Virus record (IMG/VR): IMGVR_UViG_3300045988_143259
Strand: one strand, 5' to 3'
Origin: a virus
Length of the DNA stretch: 38,834 bases
Below are positions 16,644 through 24,865 of the stretch, in pieces. The position numbers were made by a program, and so were the translations under genes. The notes beneath the pieces are model-generated. The model worked only from the letters and a program-made list of their open reading frames with translations, was not told where the DNA came from and did no database searches. Positions within the stretch are counted from its first letter, which is position 1. Each line of letters begins with the position of its first letter.

Positions 16644-17434
16644 CTCGCAAAACCTCCAAATCTGATTTTTTCTAACTCCAGGCGGGCTCTGGCCGCCGCG
16701 AGTTCCTCGGTGTGGTCGGTGTGGTCGGTGGGGTCCGGTGCGGGGTCGATTTTGCCCCCGGTCCGGTCCGGGGCCTTGCCCTCAGCCACCAGCTTGTCGT
16801 ATCGGGCCCGCAGATCGCCGGGGGCGGGCGCAGAAGCCGACGCCGCCAGCGCCCGGATACCGCCGGACCCCACGCAGTTGATGATGGCCGCCGGGTCGAT
16901 GGTCTCCTCTCCGGTGATCTTGTCCACCAGGCCCAGGGCCTTGGCCTCCGGGGCCGTCATCCAGGTTTCGTTTCTCATCTGGCGTTTCAGTTCGTCCCGC
17001 GTGGCCTTGCCGCCCGCCTTGATGGTGTAGGCGTTGAGCAGGCTCTCCGTGATGCTGTCCAGCACGCCGATGCTGTCCTGGTGGGCGTAGCGGTCTCCGT
17101 CGGTCTGCACCACAGGCAGGTGGATCATCACCTGCGCCACGGGGCTGGCGTGGACCTCATCGGCCCCCAGCATCAGCACGCTGGCCGCCGACGCCGCCAG
17201 GCTCTGCACCTCTGCTACCGTGTGGCAGGCCGCGTTGCGAAGCACGCTGTACATCTCAAAGCCCGCAAACACGGACCCGCCGCCGGAGTTTACCTCCAGC
17301 ACAAGGTCCTCGCCCTCCGGGTTCTGGTCGATGGCGTCCCGCACCGCCGCCGGGGAAAAGGCCGGGATCTCAAACCAGTCATACAGCCAGGCGTCTTCAT
17401 CGGCTACCACGTAGCCGTTTAACTGCATCCTCAT
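16640..17434 (-). CDS. prohead maturation protease, ClpP-like (S14)
   Basis: EVNSGGGSVFAGFEMYSVL...SLAASAASVLMLGADEVHASPVAQVMIH contains the Ser/His ClpP-type motifs. Confidence 0.9.
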   Translation of the reverse strand: MRMQLNGYVVADEDAWLYDWFEIPAFSPAAVRDAIDQNPEGEDLVLEVNSGGGSVFAGFEMYSVLRNAACHTVAEVQSLAASAASVLMLGADEVHASPVAQVMIHLPVVQTDGDRYAHQDSIGVLDSITESLLNAYTIKAGGKATRDELKRQMRNETWMTAPEAKALGLVDKITGEETIDPAAIINCVGSGGIRALAASASAPAPGDLRARYDKLVAEGKAPDRTGGKIDPAPDPTDHTDHTEELAAARARLELEKIRFGGFAR

Positions 17435-18693
17435 GTTGTTTTTCTACCTCCTCCGGTGTTCCGCTGGACGCTGAGCTCCTCAAAGAGTTCCAGCGGGATA
17501 TGATTCAGATCAGCCAGCCGCACGTCGCCGCCGGGCACGTCCGGCAGGTCCTCATGCTGCCGGATCTCGTTCACGCTGTACGCGCCCACGTTCCGCATCT
17601 GTGCGTACCAGTTGGCGCGGCTGGCGTGGTCGCCTCGCAGCTCTGCCATCATGTTGATATGCAGCTCCAGCCCCTGCCGCCGCTGGCTGGGCAACAGCAG
17701 CTTCCAGGTCTGCTCCTGCTCATACTGGGTGATGATGGGGTGCAGCGTCCCCGTGACGTACTCGATGGCGTTCTGCTCATTGCTGCTGTAACTCTGTTTT
17801 CCGGCGTTGAGCTTATAGGCCGGAACGCCGAAAAAGTTGCAGATGTCCAAAACGGTCACGTCGTGGTTGCTCACCCATTCGGCGTCTTTCATCGTGGCGC
17901 TGATGGGCGTGTATTTCAGGCCGTGGTCCAGAATCGCCACCCGGAAGCCGTTGTCCGGCCCGCTGTGGGTCTTCTCCCACTCCCGGCGCAGAGCATCTTT
18001 TTTGCTCACGTCCGTTGGCTTGTTGTCCTTGCCCTTCACGTAGCCGCCCAGATCCGCATCGGTGGATAAAACGCCCAGCGGCTGCCCGCCGTTGGCGTAG
18101 TAGCTGGACTGATACCCCTGGGCGTTCAGCCCCGCCTCGATCACCTGCGCCGCCCGCTGTAACACAGATAGGCAGTGCAGTCCGTCCCGCGAGTAGCCCT
18201 TGTAGTGCAGGACGTCCTCGTTCGGCAGCCGCATGGCCCGCCCCGTGTAGGGGTGGCTCACGTCGTACCAGATTTTGCCCGTGGTGTCCTGCCACGGATA
18301 CACCAGCTCAGCCGGCAGAGGGATCAGCTCGATGGGCTCCATCGTGATCGGATTCCGCACGATCCAGTCATAGGCGTTGCCGCGGGTCAGGCGGTTGATC
18401 TCCAGCATCTTCCGCCGGATAAACGGCGTCATGGCCTCGTTGGGCCGCCCGTTCAGCAGGTCCAGGATGGGCGGGAACAGCCGCTCCCTGGTGTCCGCCT
18501 GCATCGCGTAGCTGTTCATCTTGCCAACCGAGTCGGAGATGACCTCAATGCACCGGTTCACCGCCGCCAGTTTCATGGCCGCCGTGTCGCCGGTTGGGAC
18601 CGTTCCGGCCAGGCCGGTGCCGGCCAGGGTCACGACGTTGGCCACCTCTCGCGTGGCCTTTTTCGCGGCCCCGCGCACATGGTCCAGAATCAT
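17431..18693 (-). CDS. portal protein, HK97 family
   Basis: HSGPDNGFRVAILDHGLKYTPISATMKDAEW...ICNFFGVPAYKLN fits the portal HK97-family signature. Confidence 0.9.
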   Translation of the reverse strand: MILDHVRGAAKKATREVANVVTLAGTGLAGTVPTGDTAAMKLAAVNRCIEVISDSVGKMNSYAMQADTRERLFPPILDLLNGRPNEAMTPFIRRKMLEINRLTRGNAYDWIVRNPITMEPIELIPLPAELVYPWQDTTGKIWYDVSHPYTGRAMRLPNEDVLHYKGYSRDGLHCLSVLQRAAQVIEAGLNAQGYQSSYYANGGQPLGVLSTDADLGGYVKGKDNKPTDVSKKDALRREWEKTHSGPDNGFRVAILDHGLKYTPISATMKDAEWVSNHDVTVLDICNFFGVPAYKLNAGKQSYSSNEQNAIEYVTGTLHPIITQYEQEQTWKLLLPSQRRQGLELHINMMAELRGDHASRANWYAQMRNVGAYSVNEIRQHEDLPDVPGGDVRLADLNHIPLELFEELSVQRNTGGGRKTT

Positions 18694-18878
18694 CCGTTTT
18701 CACCCCCGTCCCGGTTCCCGGTGCTCAGCAGCAGGCCCAGGCCCACAGATTCGCCGCCGGCCACGCACACCGCCGCGGGCAAATGCCCCGCCAGAGCGAT
18801 GCCCACCACAATGGCCACCAGCCCCGCCACAAACAGCGCGTCCGCAACCAGCGAAATAAAAAATTTCTTGCGCTTCAT
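18690..18878 (-). CDS. small membrane protein (62 aa) between terminase and portal
   Basis: ATG 18878 follows AAAGGGG. The product MKRKKFFISLVADALFVAGLVAIVVGIALAG... has two hydrophobic segments. ATGA coupling to the portal gene. Confidence 0.6.
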   Translation of the reverse strand: MKRKKFFISLVADALFVAGLVAIVVGIALAGHLPAAVCVAGGESVGLGLLLSTGNRDGGENG

Positions 18879-19024
18879 AAACGCCCCTTTCTGCTCTTCT
18901 GCTTTGGCGTTCTCCCCGGCGGCCCCGCGGACTCCCCACGGGGCCGGGAAACAGGAAGAAAGAGAAACATGAGCCGACGGCCAAAGAAGGAAAAAAGAAA
19001 GCCGCCGGGGAGAGCGCCAAAGGC

Positions 19025-20827
19025 TCACAGCGTAAAGTCTCCCGCGCCCAGGGCGTCGGAGAGGTCGTTTTTGTTTCGGTGTACCAAAGCCCGTGCCAGC
19101 GCGTTCATGGCCGCCGCCACAGGGTCAATGCGTTCGGTGTCGTCTTTGTGCTTTTTCGAGAGCTTGATGTCGCCGTAGTTGTTCTGGATCTCCACGGCGT
19201 TGGCCAGGCACCACAGGGCAAGCGGAGATTCCTCCATCACGATGAGGTTTTGCAGCAGCAGCTCCCGGAATGTTTTCACAGCCAGGTTCTGGCCTGCGCA
19301 GGTCTGGGATATCTCCACGCAGAACGCCTCGTTGTTGCGCTCGTCGCACATTTTGATGGCCAGGTCCGTGGCGTTGTGCCCGTCGTAGTCCACCTCCTGC
19401 ACCTCCCACCGGTGCTCACGCTCCCCGGCAGTGATCCAGTTGTCTACGTAGCTGTTGTCCGTCACGTCTCCGGGGGTCAGCGTCACATAGCCCGCCTGCG
19501 CCCACGGGATGTAAGGCACCCGGTCGCTCTGCTCGTGCCGCTGGGCGCCGCCCTCCGGCATAAAACCATGCATTTTGAGCGCCACCCGCCCATCGTCCAG
19601 CAGAAACACCGCTGCCACGCCCGAAAGGTCGATGCGCTTTCCCAGGTCGAACCCGCACCAGCAGGCCAACCCATCGGTCAGCGCCGCAAACTCTTCCGCC
19701 GGGACCATCGCCCGCTTTGCCAGGCCCATGCAGTTCTCGTCCAGGTAGCGGTTGACGCTGCCGGTCTGCCACTGGCACATCCGGCGGGTGAGAAACTGCC
19801 GTATCTTGTGCGGGTCGTTGGAGCCGTAGGCGGCGTTGTACTCCGTCTCGATCTGCTCCAACATGTATTTGGAGTAGTCGTTCGGGTATCTCAGGCATGG
19901 GTTGGCCCACGTCCATTTTGCTTTGTCGTGCGGGTCCTCCCCGACAGGAAGCTCCCGGATCATCACAAAGTACGTCTCGTCCGTCCTGTGGCCGTCCAGC
20001 ACGCTCTTGGCGTATTCTTCCTCGATGTAGCAGGGCTTACTCTGCGCATCGTCGCCTGCCGTCGTGATCACGTCCAGCAGGGCCTGGGGCCGCTTGCCGA
20101 ATGAGTTCAGGCCGATGTCGTAAATATCCGACGTCGGGTGGGCGTGGTATTCGTCCACCACGAAATAGCTGGGAGCGCCGGAGTCCTTGTTCTTCGTATC
20201 CTTGGACAGCGCCCGCATATACCCGCCCCGGCTTTTGTGTACCACCGGGTTAGAGCGTGGGATGATCAGCCGCTTTTCGATGTTCGGAGACGCCTGCGCG
20301 ATTTTTTTCGCGTCGCCAAACACCCGCATGGCCTGCCCCCGGTCCACGGCAGCGCACTCCACCTCCGGCTCCATCTCAAACACCGCCAGCTCCGGGTGAT
20401 ACGGCGGATACATCGCATCCCCGCACAGATGATAGAGGGCCTGCCCCGATTTCTCGGTGCTCTTAAAGTTGCCCCGTGCCCGCTTGTTGTAGGTGCGCTT
20501 AAACCGCCTGGCCCCAGTGTTTTTGTTGACCCAGCCGTAGGTGCAGCCCAAATCGAACACCTGCCACGGTTGCAGCTGAATGGCCTCCCGCTGCTCCACG
20601 CCCCGGACCTGCACGCACTGTCCAAACCACCGGATGATCCGGTCGGCCCGCGTCGTGTCGAACACAAACGGAAAATCATCCGTCCACTGCCGTTTCAGAT
20701 CGTCCAGGTGGCGCTGACAGGCTTTGATCTCATAGGGGCAGCACATGTCGTGCAGCCGCCCCTCCGTCACCTGTTTGGCGTACACGCTCACCGCGTGGTG
20801 TAGGCCGGACTGGATGCGCACGCCCAT
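19025..20827 (-). CDS. terL: terminase large subunit
   Basis: 600 aa of Terminase_1 type (YFVVDEYHAH Walker-B context, C-terminal nuclease). The ATG shares a base with the TerS stop. Confidence 0.9.
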   Translation of the reverse strand: MGVRIQSGLHHAVSVYAKQVTEGRLHDMCCPYEIKACQRHLDDLKRQWTDDFPFVFDTTRADRIIRWFGQCVQVRGVEQREAIQLQPWQVFDLGCTYGWVNKNTGARRFKRTYNKRARGNFKSTEKSGQALYHLCGDAMYPPYHPELAVFEMEPEVECAAVDRGQAMRVFGDAKKIAQASPNIEKRLIIPRSNPVVHKSRGGYMRALSKDTKNKDSGAPSYFVVDEYHAHPTSDIYDIGLNSFGKRPQALLDVITTAGDDAQSKPCYIEEEYAKSVLDGHRTDETYFVMIRELPVGEDPHDKAKWTWANPCLRYPNDYSKYMLEQIETEYNAAYGSNDPHKIRQFLTRRMCQWQTGSVNRYLDENCMGLAKRAMVPAEEFAALTDGLACWCGFDLGKRIDLSGVAAVFLLDDGRVALKMHGFMPEGGAQRHEQSDRVPYIPWAQAGYVTLTPGDVTDNSYVDNWITAGEREHRWEVQEVDYDGHNATDLAIKMCDERNNEAFCVEISQTCAGQNLAVKTFRELLLQNLIVMEESPLALWCLANAVEIQNNYGDIKLSKKHKDDTERIDPVAAAMNALARALVHRNKNDLSDALGAGDFTL

Positions 20828-21327
20828 CAGTCCCCAAACAGATCCCCGTCGGGGTCTGCCTCCATCTCTGCCGCCGCCCGTTTCCGGGCCAGCCGCGCCC
20901 GCGCCTCCGGGGTCAGCCCCAAGACGTTGGCGTAGGACAGCAGGGTCTTCTCATGGGCCTGCAGCCGGTTGAGCACGCTGTCGATGTTGGCGATCAGTTC
21001 AAACCGCATCTCTAAGTCAGGCTCCGCGTCCGCCTGGGCGATCAGCCCCCGGCACAGCGCCGAAAGGCTGTCCTTCCGTGCAAGTGACGAGCAGTACACC
21101 GCCAGCATCTCCGCGTCCAGCTCATCCAGGATGCCCAGCCCTTCCATCCGTTTCAGGATCGAGCGCCAGTATCCCTGCGCCGTTTTATCTCCGCTGAGAC
21201 TCCGCGGCATCTTCATCGCCTTCATCCGGTCCGGCAGGCAGGATTTCTCCGCCGCCTCCCGCGCTGACTTCTCCGCCTTCGTCAGATGCTTCGTCATCGC
21301 ATCCGCGCTTTTCACGTTCGCTGGCAT
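20827..21327 (-). CDS. terS: terminase small subunit, P27 family (start ATG 21327, or 21345)
   Basis: AQGYWRSILKRMEGLGILDELDAEMLAVYCSSLARKD...LGLTPEARARL fits the P27/Terminase_4 pattern. The longer track ORF to 21480 runs through a GC-rich non-coding-looking stretch. Confidence 0.8.
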   Translation of the reverse strand: MPANVKSADAMTKHLTKAEKSAREAAEKSCLPDRMKAMKMPRSLSGDKTAQGYWRSILKRMEGLGILDELDAEMLAVYCSSLARKDSLSALCRGLIAQADAEPDLEMRFELIANIDSVLNRLQAHEKTLLSYANVLGLTPEARARLARKRAAAEMEADPDGDLFGD

Positions 21328-21432
21328 TTTTGCTTCCACCTCCATCCGCTGATTGGGGAAATTTTCTCTCAAACGAGTGAGCACCGGGGTCTGGGAGTAG
21401 ATGCTCAAAACTTTTTCGAGCCGGGGGGACTT

Positions 21433-21462
21433 GCGCGGCTTCGCCGCCGCGCACCCGTGCGC
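21433..21462. promoter_or_regulatory. GC-rich overlapping palindromes between HNH and terS (candidate cos/packaging recognition region)
   Basis: gcgcggc-ttcgcc-gccgcgc (21433-21452) overlaps gcgcac-cc-gtgcgc (21449-21462). HNH plus TerS/TerL plus HK97 head usually implies a cos site near here. Confidence 0.3.
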
Positions 21463-21520
21463 CCCTGTGAGCCCGCACACGCTCGCGCATCTGCCAGCGC
21501 GGACGTAGCCTCCCGCTGTC

Positions 21521-21883
21521 TCAACGTCGCTCCTGAGCCTGTTCTCGCGCCGTCTTCTGGTCGTGGTGAAACTTGCACAGGCTTTGGTGGTTGCTCGCCG
21601 AAACGAACAGGTCCCAGTCCCCGCGGAACGGGACGATGTGGTCTACCACCGTCGCCTTAGTCCGCCAGCCTTTGGCCGCGCACACCCGGCAGAATGGCTC
21701 CCGCACCAGTTGGGCAGGCCGTAGCCTGTCCGTCCAGATCGACTTGCTGTACCAGCTGTGATATTCTGCGCTGGCACGTTTCCGGCTTTGTCGTGGCGCT
21801 GGCCTATGCTTATCGCACCAGCCGTCACGCGACAGTTCCGGGCATCCAGGATGACGGCAGGGTTTGAGCGGTCGCTGTGCCAT
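21521..21883 (-). CDS. HNH endonuclease (packaging-associated)
   Basis: CRVC...VDHIVPF...NHQSLCKFHHDQKT is an HNH motif with zinc cysteines. The gene is directly upstream of terS. Confidence 0.9.
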   Translation of the reverse strand: MAQRPLKPCRHPGCPELSRDGWCDKHRPAPRQSRKRASAEYHSWYSKSIWTDRLRPAQLVREPFCRVCAAKGWRTKATVVDHIVPFRGDWDLFVSASNHQSLCKFHHDQKTAREQAQERR

Positions 21884-21914
21884 GGGCTATCACCTCCAGG
21901 CCCAGCGCAAAGAA

Positions 21915-21964
21915 AAAGCCCGCGCCAATAGTTCCCCGTGTGGGTTGCTATCAGCTCGGGCTTT
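21915..21964 (-). terminator. long-hairpin intrinsic terminator B (second of a tandem pair)
   Basis: On the minus strand, aaagcccg...cgggcttt closes an imperfect roughly 50-nt hairpin, followed by TTTTTCTTTG. It lies 30 nt before the HNH RBS. Confidence 0.65.
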
Positions 21965-22008
21965 GCAGCGCTGGCCAGTTGTTTTATTTTTTCAGCCGGG
22001 CAAATAAA

Positions 22009-22060
22009 AAAGCCCGATCCAATGATCCCCGTCATCGGGGTTATCATCAGCTCGGGCTTT
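22009..22060 (-). terminator. long-hairpin intrinsic terminator A (overlaps the 3' end of the KTR gene)
   Basis: Minus-strand outer stem aaagcccga/tcgggcttt, inner stem atgat-ccccg/cgggg-atcat, followed by TTTTTTATTT. Confidence 0.7.
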
Positions 22061-22217
22061 CAAAGCACTGGCCATTTATCACGTTGACTTTCACGATGCG
22101 TTTGCATCGGCGGCAGTACAGCTCCAAGTTTTCCGCCGTAGTTTCCGGCAGGATATGCAGCAGATACCGCGGGTGTTCGCAGGTCGGGCACAAAGCCCAG
22201 CCGTTTTTCACTGCCAT
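22047..22217 (-). CDS. cysteine-rich KTR-type zinc-ribbon protein (56 aa from ATG 22217; TTG 22247 possible)
   Basis: GWALCPTC-x21-CRRCKRIVKVNV matches the Cys_rich_KTR layout (W.LCP.C...T...N..LYC..CK). It is the last gene of the early operon. Confidence 0.6.
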   Translation of the reverse strand: MAVKNGWALCPTCEHPRYLLHILPETTAENLELYCRRCKRIVKVNVINGQCFESPS

Positions 22218-22264
22218 AAGTTTACCATGATTTCCCTGTCCGTGCAAGTCTTTTTCCCCCTTAT

Positions 22265-23038
22265 TTACGTTGTTTCTCCAACTAACGTATTATTTCCAAG
22301 ATCAAGGTCGCGCCCGCGTGCGGGCGTGCGCGTGCGCGTTACCATATAGGCGGCATAGGTGTAGGCCCCGAATTGATTTGATATCTCAAACCGATTCATC
22401 TGCACCGCATCATCTGGGATACGGATGATGCCGTTGTCTACCATGGTTTTCTCAGGCGGCGGCAACTGCGCCCGCAAGCCATTAGATACTCCCCACGGCA
22501 CCTTGTCCAGTGGTATCCCGTCCGGCGTCCGCCGGTCCTTAGTCATATACTCGCCACGGCGATGAGGTGGCCAGTCCTGGCAGATGCTTGGCTCCGCATC
22601 GTTCTGCGTTCCGTTTCCCCAAATCTGGAAAACTTCGCTTTTTGTGATATCCGCATCCCGGAAGATCACGTGGAAATGCCACCGCCCATCCCCGTGTACG
22701 GTTTCCACGCAGAAAATGTAGTCGATGATCCTCCCCTTGGCTTTTTTCAGCCGGTTCATAAAATTTTTCCAAATTCTGCGTGCATCTGCGTAATTCCGCG
22801 GCAAATGATCATCGTCGAATGTCAGCGTGTAAAATGTCGCATCCAAACCAAGCAGGCCAACAAAAAGCTCCGCCCTTTCTGCCGGTTTGCGGCGAAAGGT
22901 GGTTTTTGTCTGCGTGATGATCTTGTTTTTGTCCGCCCGTTCCCCAGGGCTTTCCGCTACTCTGTGCCAGGGGCGCACATATCGGCACTCTTTGATGTAT
23001 TCCCCGGCTTGCTGTCTCACCGAGACCCAGTCAGGCAT
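22265..23038 (-). CDS. HUH-superfamily rolling-circle Rep-like protein
   Basis: Three motifs in the canonical order and spacing: TFYTLTFDD (motif I), RWHFHVIF (HUH) and RGEYMTKD (Y-x-x-K). Confidence 0.6.
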   Translation of the reverse strand: MPDWVSVRQQAGEYIKECRYVRPWHRVAESPGERADKNKIITQTKTTFRRKPAERAELFVGLLGLDATFYTLTFDDDHLPRNYADARRIWKNFMNRLKKAKGRIIDYIFCVETVHGDGRWHFHVIFRDADITKSEVFQIWGNGTQNDAEPSICQDWPPHRRGEYMTKDRRTPDGIPLDKVPWGVSNGLRAQLPPPEKTMVDNGIIRIPDDAVQMNRFEISNQFGAYTYAAYMVTRTRTPARGRDLDLGNNTLVGETT

Positions 23039-23225
23039 TTTTCACCACCTCTTTCCCGTTATTCCAGGCTTTCACAGCATCCTCTTCCACACTGTGCGTT
23101 TGTGTGCTGGATCCACACGATTCGCACGATACCCACCACATAGGGTATTTCTGGTTTCGGTGCGAGTCGTTCAGCACGGCCCCGCCCCCACAAAAGGGGC
23201 AGGGCGCGAAACGCTTACTCTCCAT
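23031..23225 (-). CDS. Lar-family restriction-alleviation-like zinc-ribbon protein (64 aa)
   Basis: MESKRFAPCPFCGGGAVL...WWVSCESCGSSTQTHSVEEDAVKAWNNG matches the Lar family pattern (PCPFCG...V.C..CG...eeA..aWN). Confidence 0.75.
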   Translation of the reverse strand: MESKRFAPCPFCGGGAVLNDSHRNQKYPMWWVSCESCGSSTQTHSVEEDAVKAWNNGKEVVKNA

Positions 23226-24000
23226 AGATTTCCGCCGCGATTTCCCCCGCGCAGGCTGCATAACCGGCCATATCGATCCAGTTGTCCGCATGGGCTGGGT
23301 TGCCCTTGGCCCTGCCAACTTTTAACAGAATCATCATCTGCGCCACGTCAACCGGCGTGATCTCACGCCCAGCATCCAGATAGGCCGTCCACAAATCAGC
23401 GATAGCACCAAAGCTATCCTCCGGCCTGCCGTGCGTATCCTGCCTATCCTGGCATACGCACTTTTCAGCGGCATCCAGGATGCTTTTTCTTGTGGCGACC
23501 TTCTTCTCTGCGTTCATCAGAACAGTTGCGTCACGGTAGTCAGAGAGTAGCTTAGTTGCCAGCTTAAGCAGGTGGCTGATACACTCCATGCTTCCTCTGT
23601 TCCCATCGTTGTAAGGACAACCCTCGCAAGGCTTATCCATCAAACAACAATCCAGCCCTCCGATGGCACGCTCGATCAAAGCCACATTTCCCGGTATTCT
23701 AGCCGGTTTTTCCTTTGGCTCATTTTCTCCGTGAATTTGCTTGACCTCCATGTTTGCTTTGCCACAAACGTGGCAGGATTCATTCTTCTTCATTGCGTCT
23801 CCTTCCTTTTCCATTTTCTTAATAATGTTCGCTGCAATATCCCAGGACAGCCAGGCTTCTTCTTTAGTTCTTACTAGCGGCCCTTTGAATCTGCATTTTT
23901 TACATTCGATACACACATGATCTCCGGTTTTATCCATAAACGCAAAGGTATTAAGCCGGTTACACCCACATTTAGGGCACGAGTTGTGCTGCACTTCCAT
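23215..24000 (-). CDS. fusion protein: Lar-like zinc ribbon + Cys-rich middle + DUF6378-like C-terminal domain
   Basis: N-terminal CPKCG...VCIECKKCRFKGPLVRTKEEAWLSW is Lar-like. C-terminal RQDTHGRPEDSFGAIADLWTAYLD...VDVAQMMILLKVGRAKGNPAHADNWIDMAGYAACAGEI fits the DUF6378 pattern. ATG 24000 shares a base with the upstream stop. Confidence 0.7.
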   Translation of the reverse strand: MEVQHNSCPKCGCNRLNTFAFMDKTGDHVCIECKKCRFKGPLVRTKEEAWLSWDIAANIIKKMEKEGDAMKKNESCHVCGKANMEVKQIHGENEPKEKPARIPGNVALIERAIGGLDCCLMDKPCEGCPYNDGNRGSMECISHLLKLATKLLSDYRDATVLMNAEKKVATRKSILDAAEKCVCQDRQDTHGRPEDSFGAIADLWTAYLDAGREITPVDVAQMMILLKVGRAKGNPAHADNWIDMAGYAACAGEIAAEIYGE

Positions 24001-24305
24001 TATTTCCCCTCCATTTCTTCCAGCCGCTGCTTGTGTCGCTCCCACTTCCAGACGGATATATCCGCATTGGGTTTCAGTTCCAGGGCGATAGCACAAGAAA
24101 CAACGTCGGTGTATCCTTCGTCCAACTTATCCAGGTAGCTCCTTCCGCCCTCTTTAACCGGGTTATCTCCCCGCAAAACTCTGGCGAGTTTCAGGGCGCA
24201 GTGGGCCAACTCCGTGCACTCCTCTGCTAGGGCTTCATAGCAGGCAGCATAGCCTACCATGGCTGGGAAATCTCCCCAGCATTTCATTTTATCCGGGATG
24301 TTCAT
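24000..24305 (-). CDS. MazG-like all-alpha nucleotide pyrophosphohydrolase family protein (putative)
   Basis: EECTEL and EGYTDV form an E-E-x-x-E / E-x-x-D pair in helices. ATG 24305 follows AAGGGG. Confidence 0.5.
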   Translation of the reverse strand: MNIPDKMKCWGDFPAMVGYAACYEALAEECTELAHCALKLARVLRGDNPVKEGGRSYLDKLDEGYTDVVSCAIALELKPNADISVWKWERHKQRLEEMEGK

Positions 24306-24316
24306 TTTGTCCCCTT

Positions 24317-24529
24317 TCACCGCCGATATCTATACGTATCACCATTTTTACCCATTAGAGTGATGGTGATAGGCATTCCGCTTGCGTCTTGTGTGAAAGG
24401 GAGAAATCTAGCATTAGTTATGCGTAAATCTTTCCCACTTTTATGGTTTTGCTCACACTTCACGCAAGCAGCTTTTTCCTTGAATTGCGTTCCGCAAATC
24501 TCACACTGAAAAAGTTCGATTTTTTTCAT
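24317..24529 (-). CDS. zinc-finger protein (70 aa), AT-rich moron-like gene
   Basis: CEICG...CVKCEQNH. The gene is markedly AT-richer than its neighbours. Confidence 0.65.
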   Translation of the reverse strand: MKKIELFQCEICGTQFKEKAACVKCEQNHKSGKDLRITNARFLPFTQDASGMPITITLMGKNGDTYRYRR

Positions 24530-24580
24530 TTTGTACTCCTCTCTAACCGTGTCGATTCCAACACGGTTACGTGTTAGTTG

Positions 24581-24865
24581 TCATTCCACCCCCGGCGGTT
24601 CCGGCAAGAGCATCCAGTGGGTTGGTTGCAAGCCGCGTGCCACGTTATCCAGCACCCAGACGTCTGCTGCAAGCATACCCTGAAAAACCACATTTCCATC
24701 ACTACACAGGATAAGCTCTCCTTCGGGCGGATTTTCTTTCTCCACCGGAATCCACCTAGTCCGTTGCAGTGCCTCCAGAATAGTCCGATACGCCTCCCTC
24801 GCTCCGGGCATGGGAGTGTTGTCGGCGTGGCGCTGGAGCCACGCTCTCGCCTCGTCAATCGTCAT
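24581..24865 (-). CDS. DUF551-domain protein
   Basis: WIPVEKENPPEGELILCSDGNVV...THWMLLPEPP is the classic DUF551 pattern. Confidence 0.75.
   Translation of the reverse strand: MTIDEARAWLQRHADNTPMPGAREAYRTILEALQRTRWIPVEKENPPEGELILCSDGNVVFQGMLAADVWVLDNVARGLQPTHWMLLPEPPGVE

Noticed and set aside
15180-17030. 616-aa plus-strand ORF, the longest in the track
   Set aside because: It is antisense to the major capsid and protease genes. The composition (G/A/V/D/H/Q-rich, no recognisable motifs) is typical of a GC-rich shadow frame. The same reasoning applies to 5754..6752, 7989..8924, 12829..13866, 17500..18069, 18175..18972, 19079..20104 and 20138..20803.
18879-19024. 146-nt gap after terL with GC-rich stems (for example cggccccg...cggggccg at 18927-18952), considered as a terminator or pac site
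   Set aside because: No U-tract follows on the coding strand and the pairings are imperfect. I cannot distinguish function from GC-rich background by eye.
20827-21480. Full 217-aa version of the terS ORF
   Set aside because: The first roughly 45-50 codons (MCGLTGAHGCAAAKPRKSPR...) come from the GC-rich palindromic stretch and lack an RBS. The P27-family similarity starts near MPANVKSADAMTKHL.
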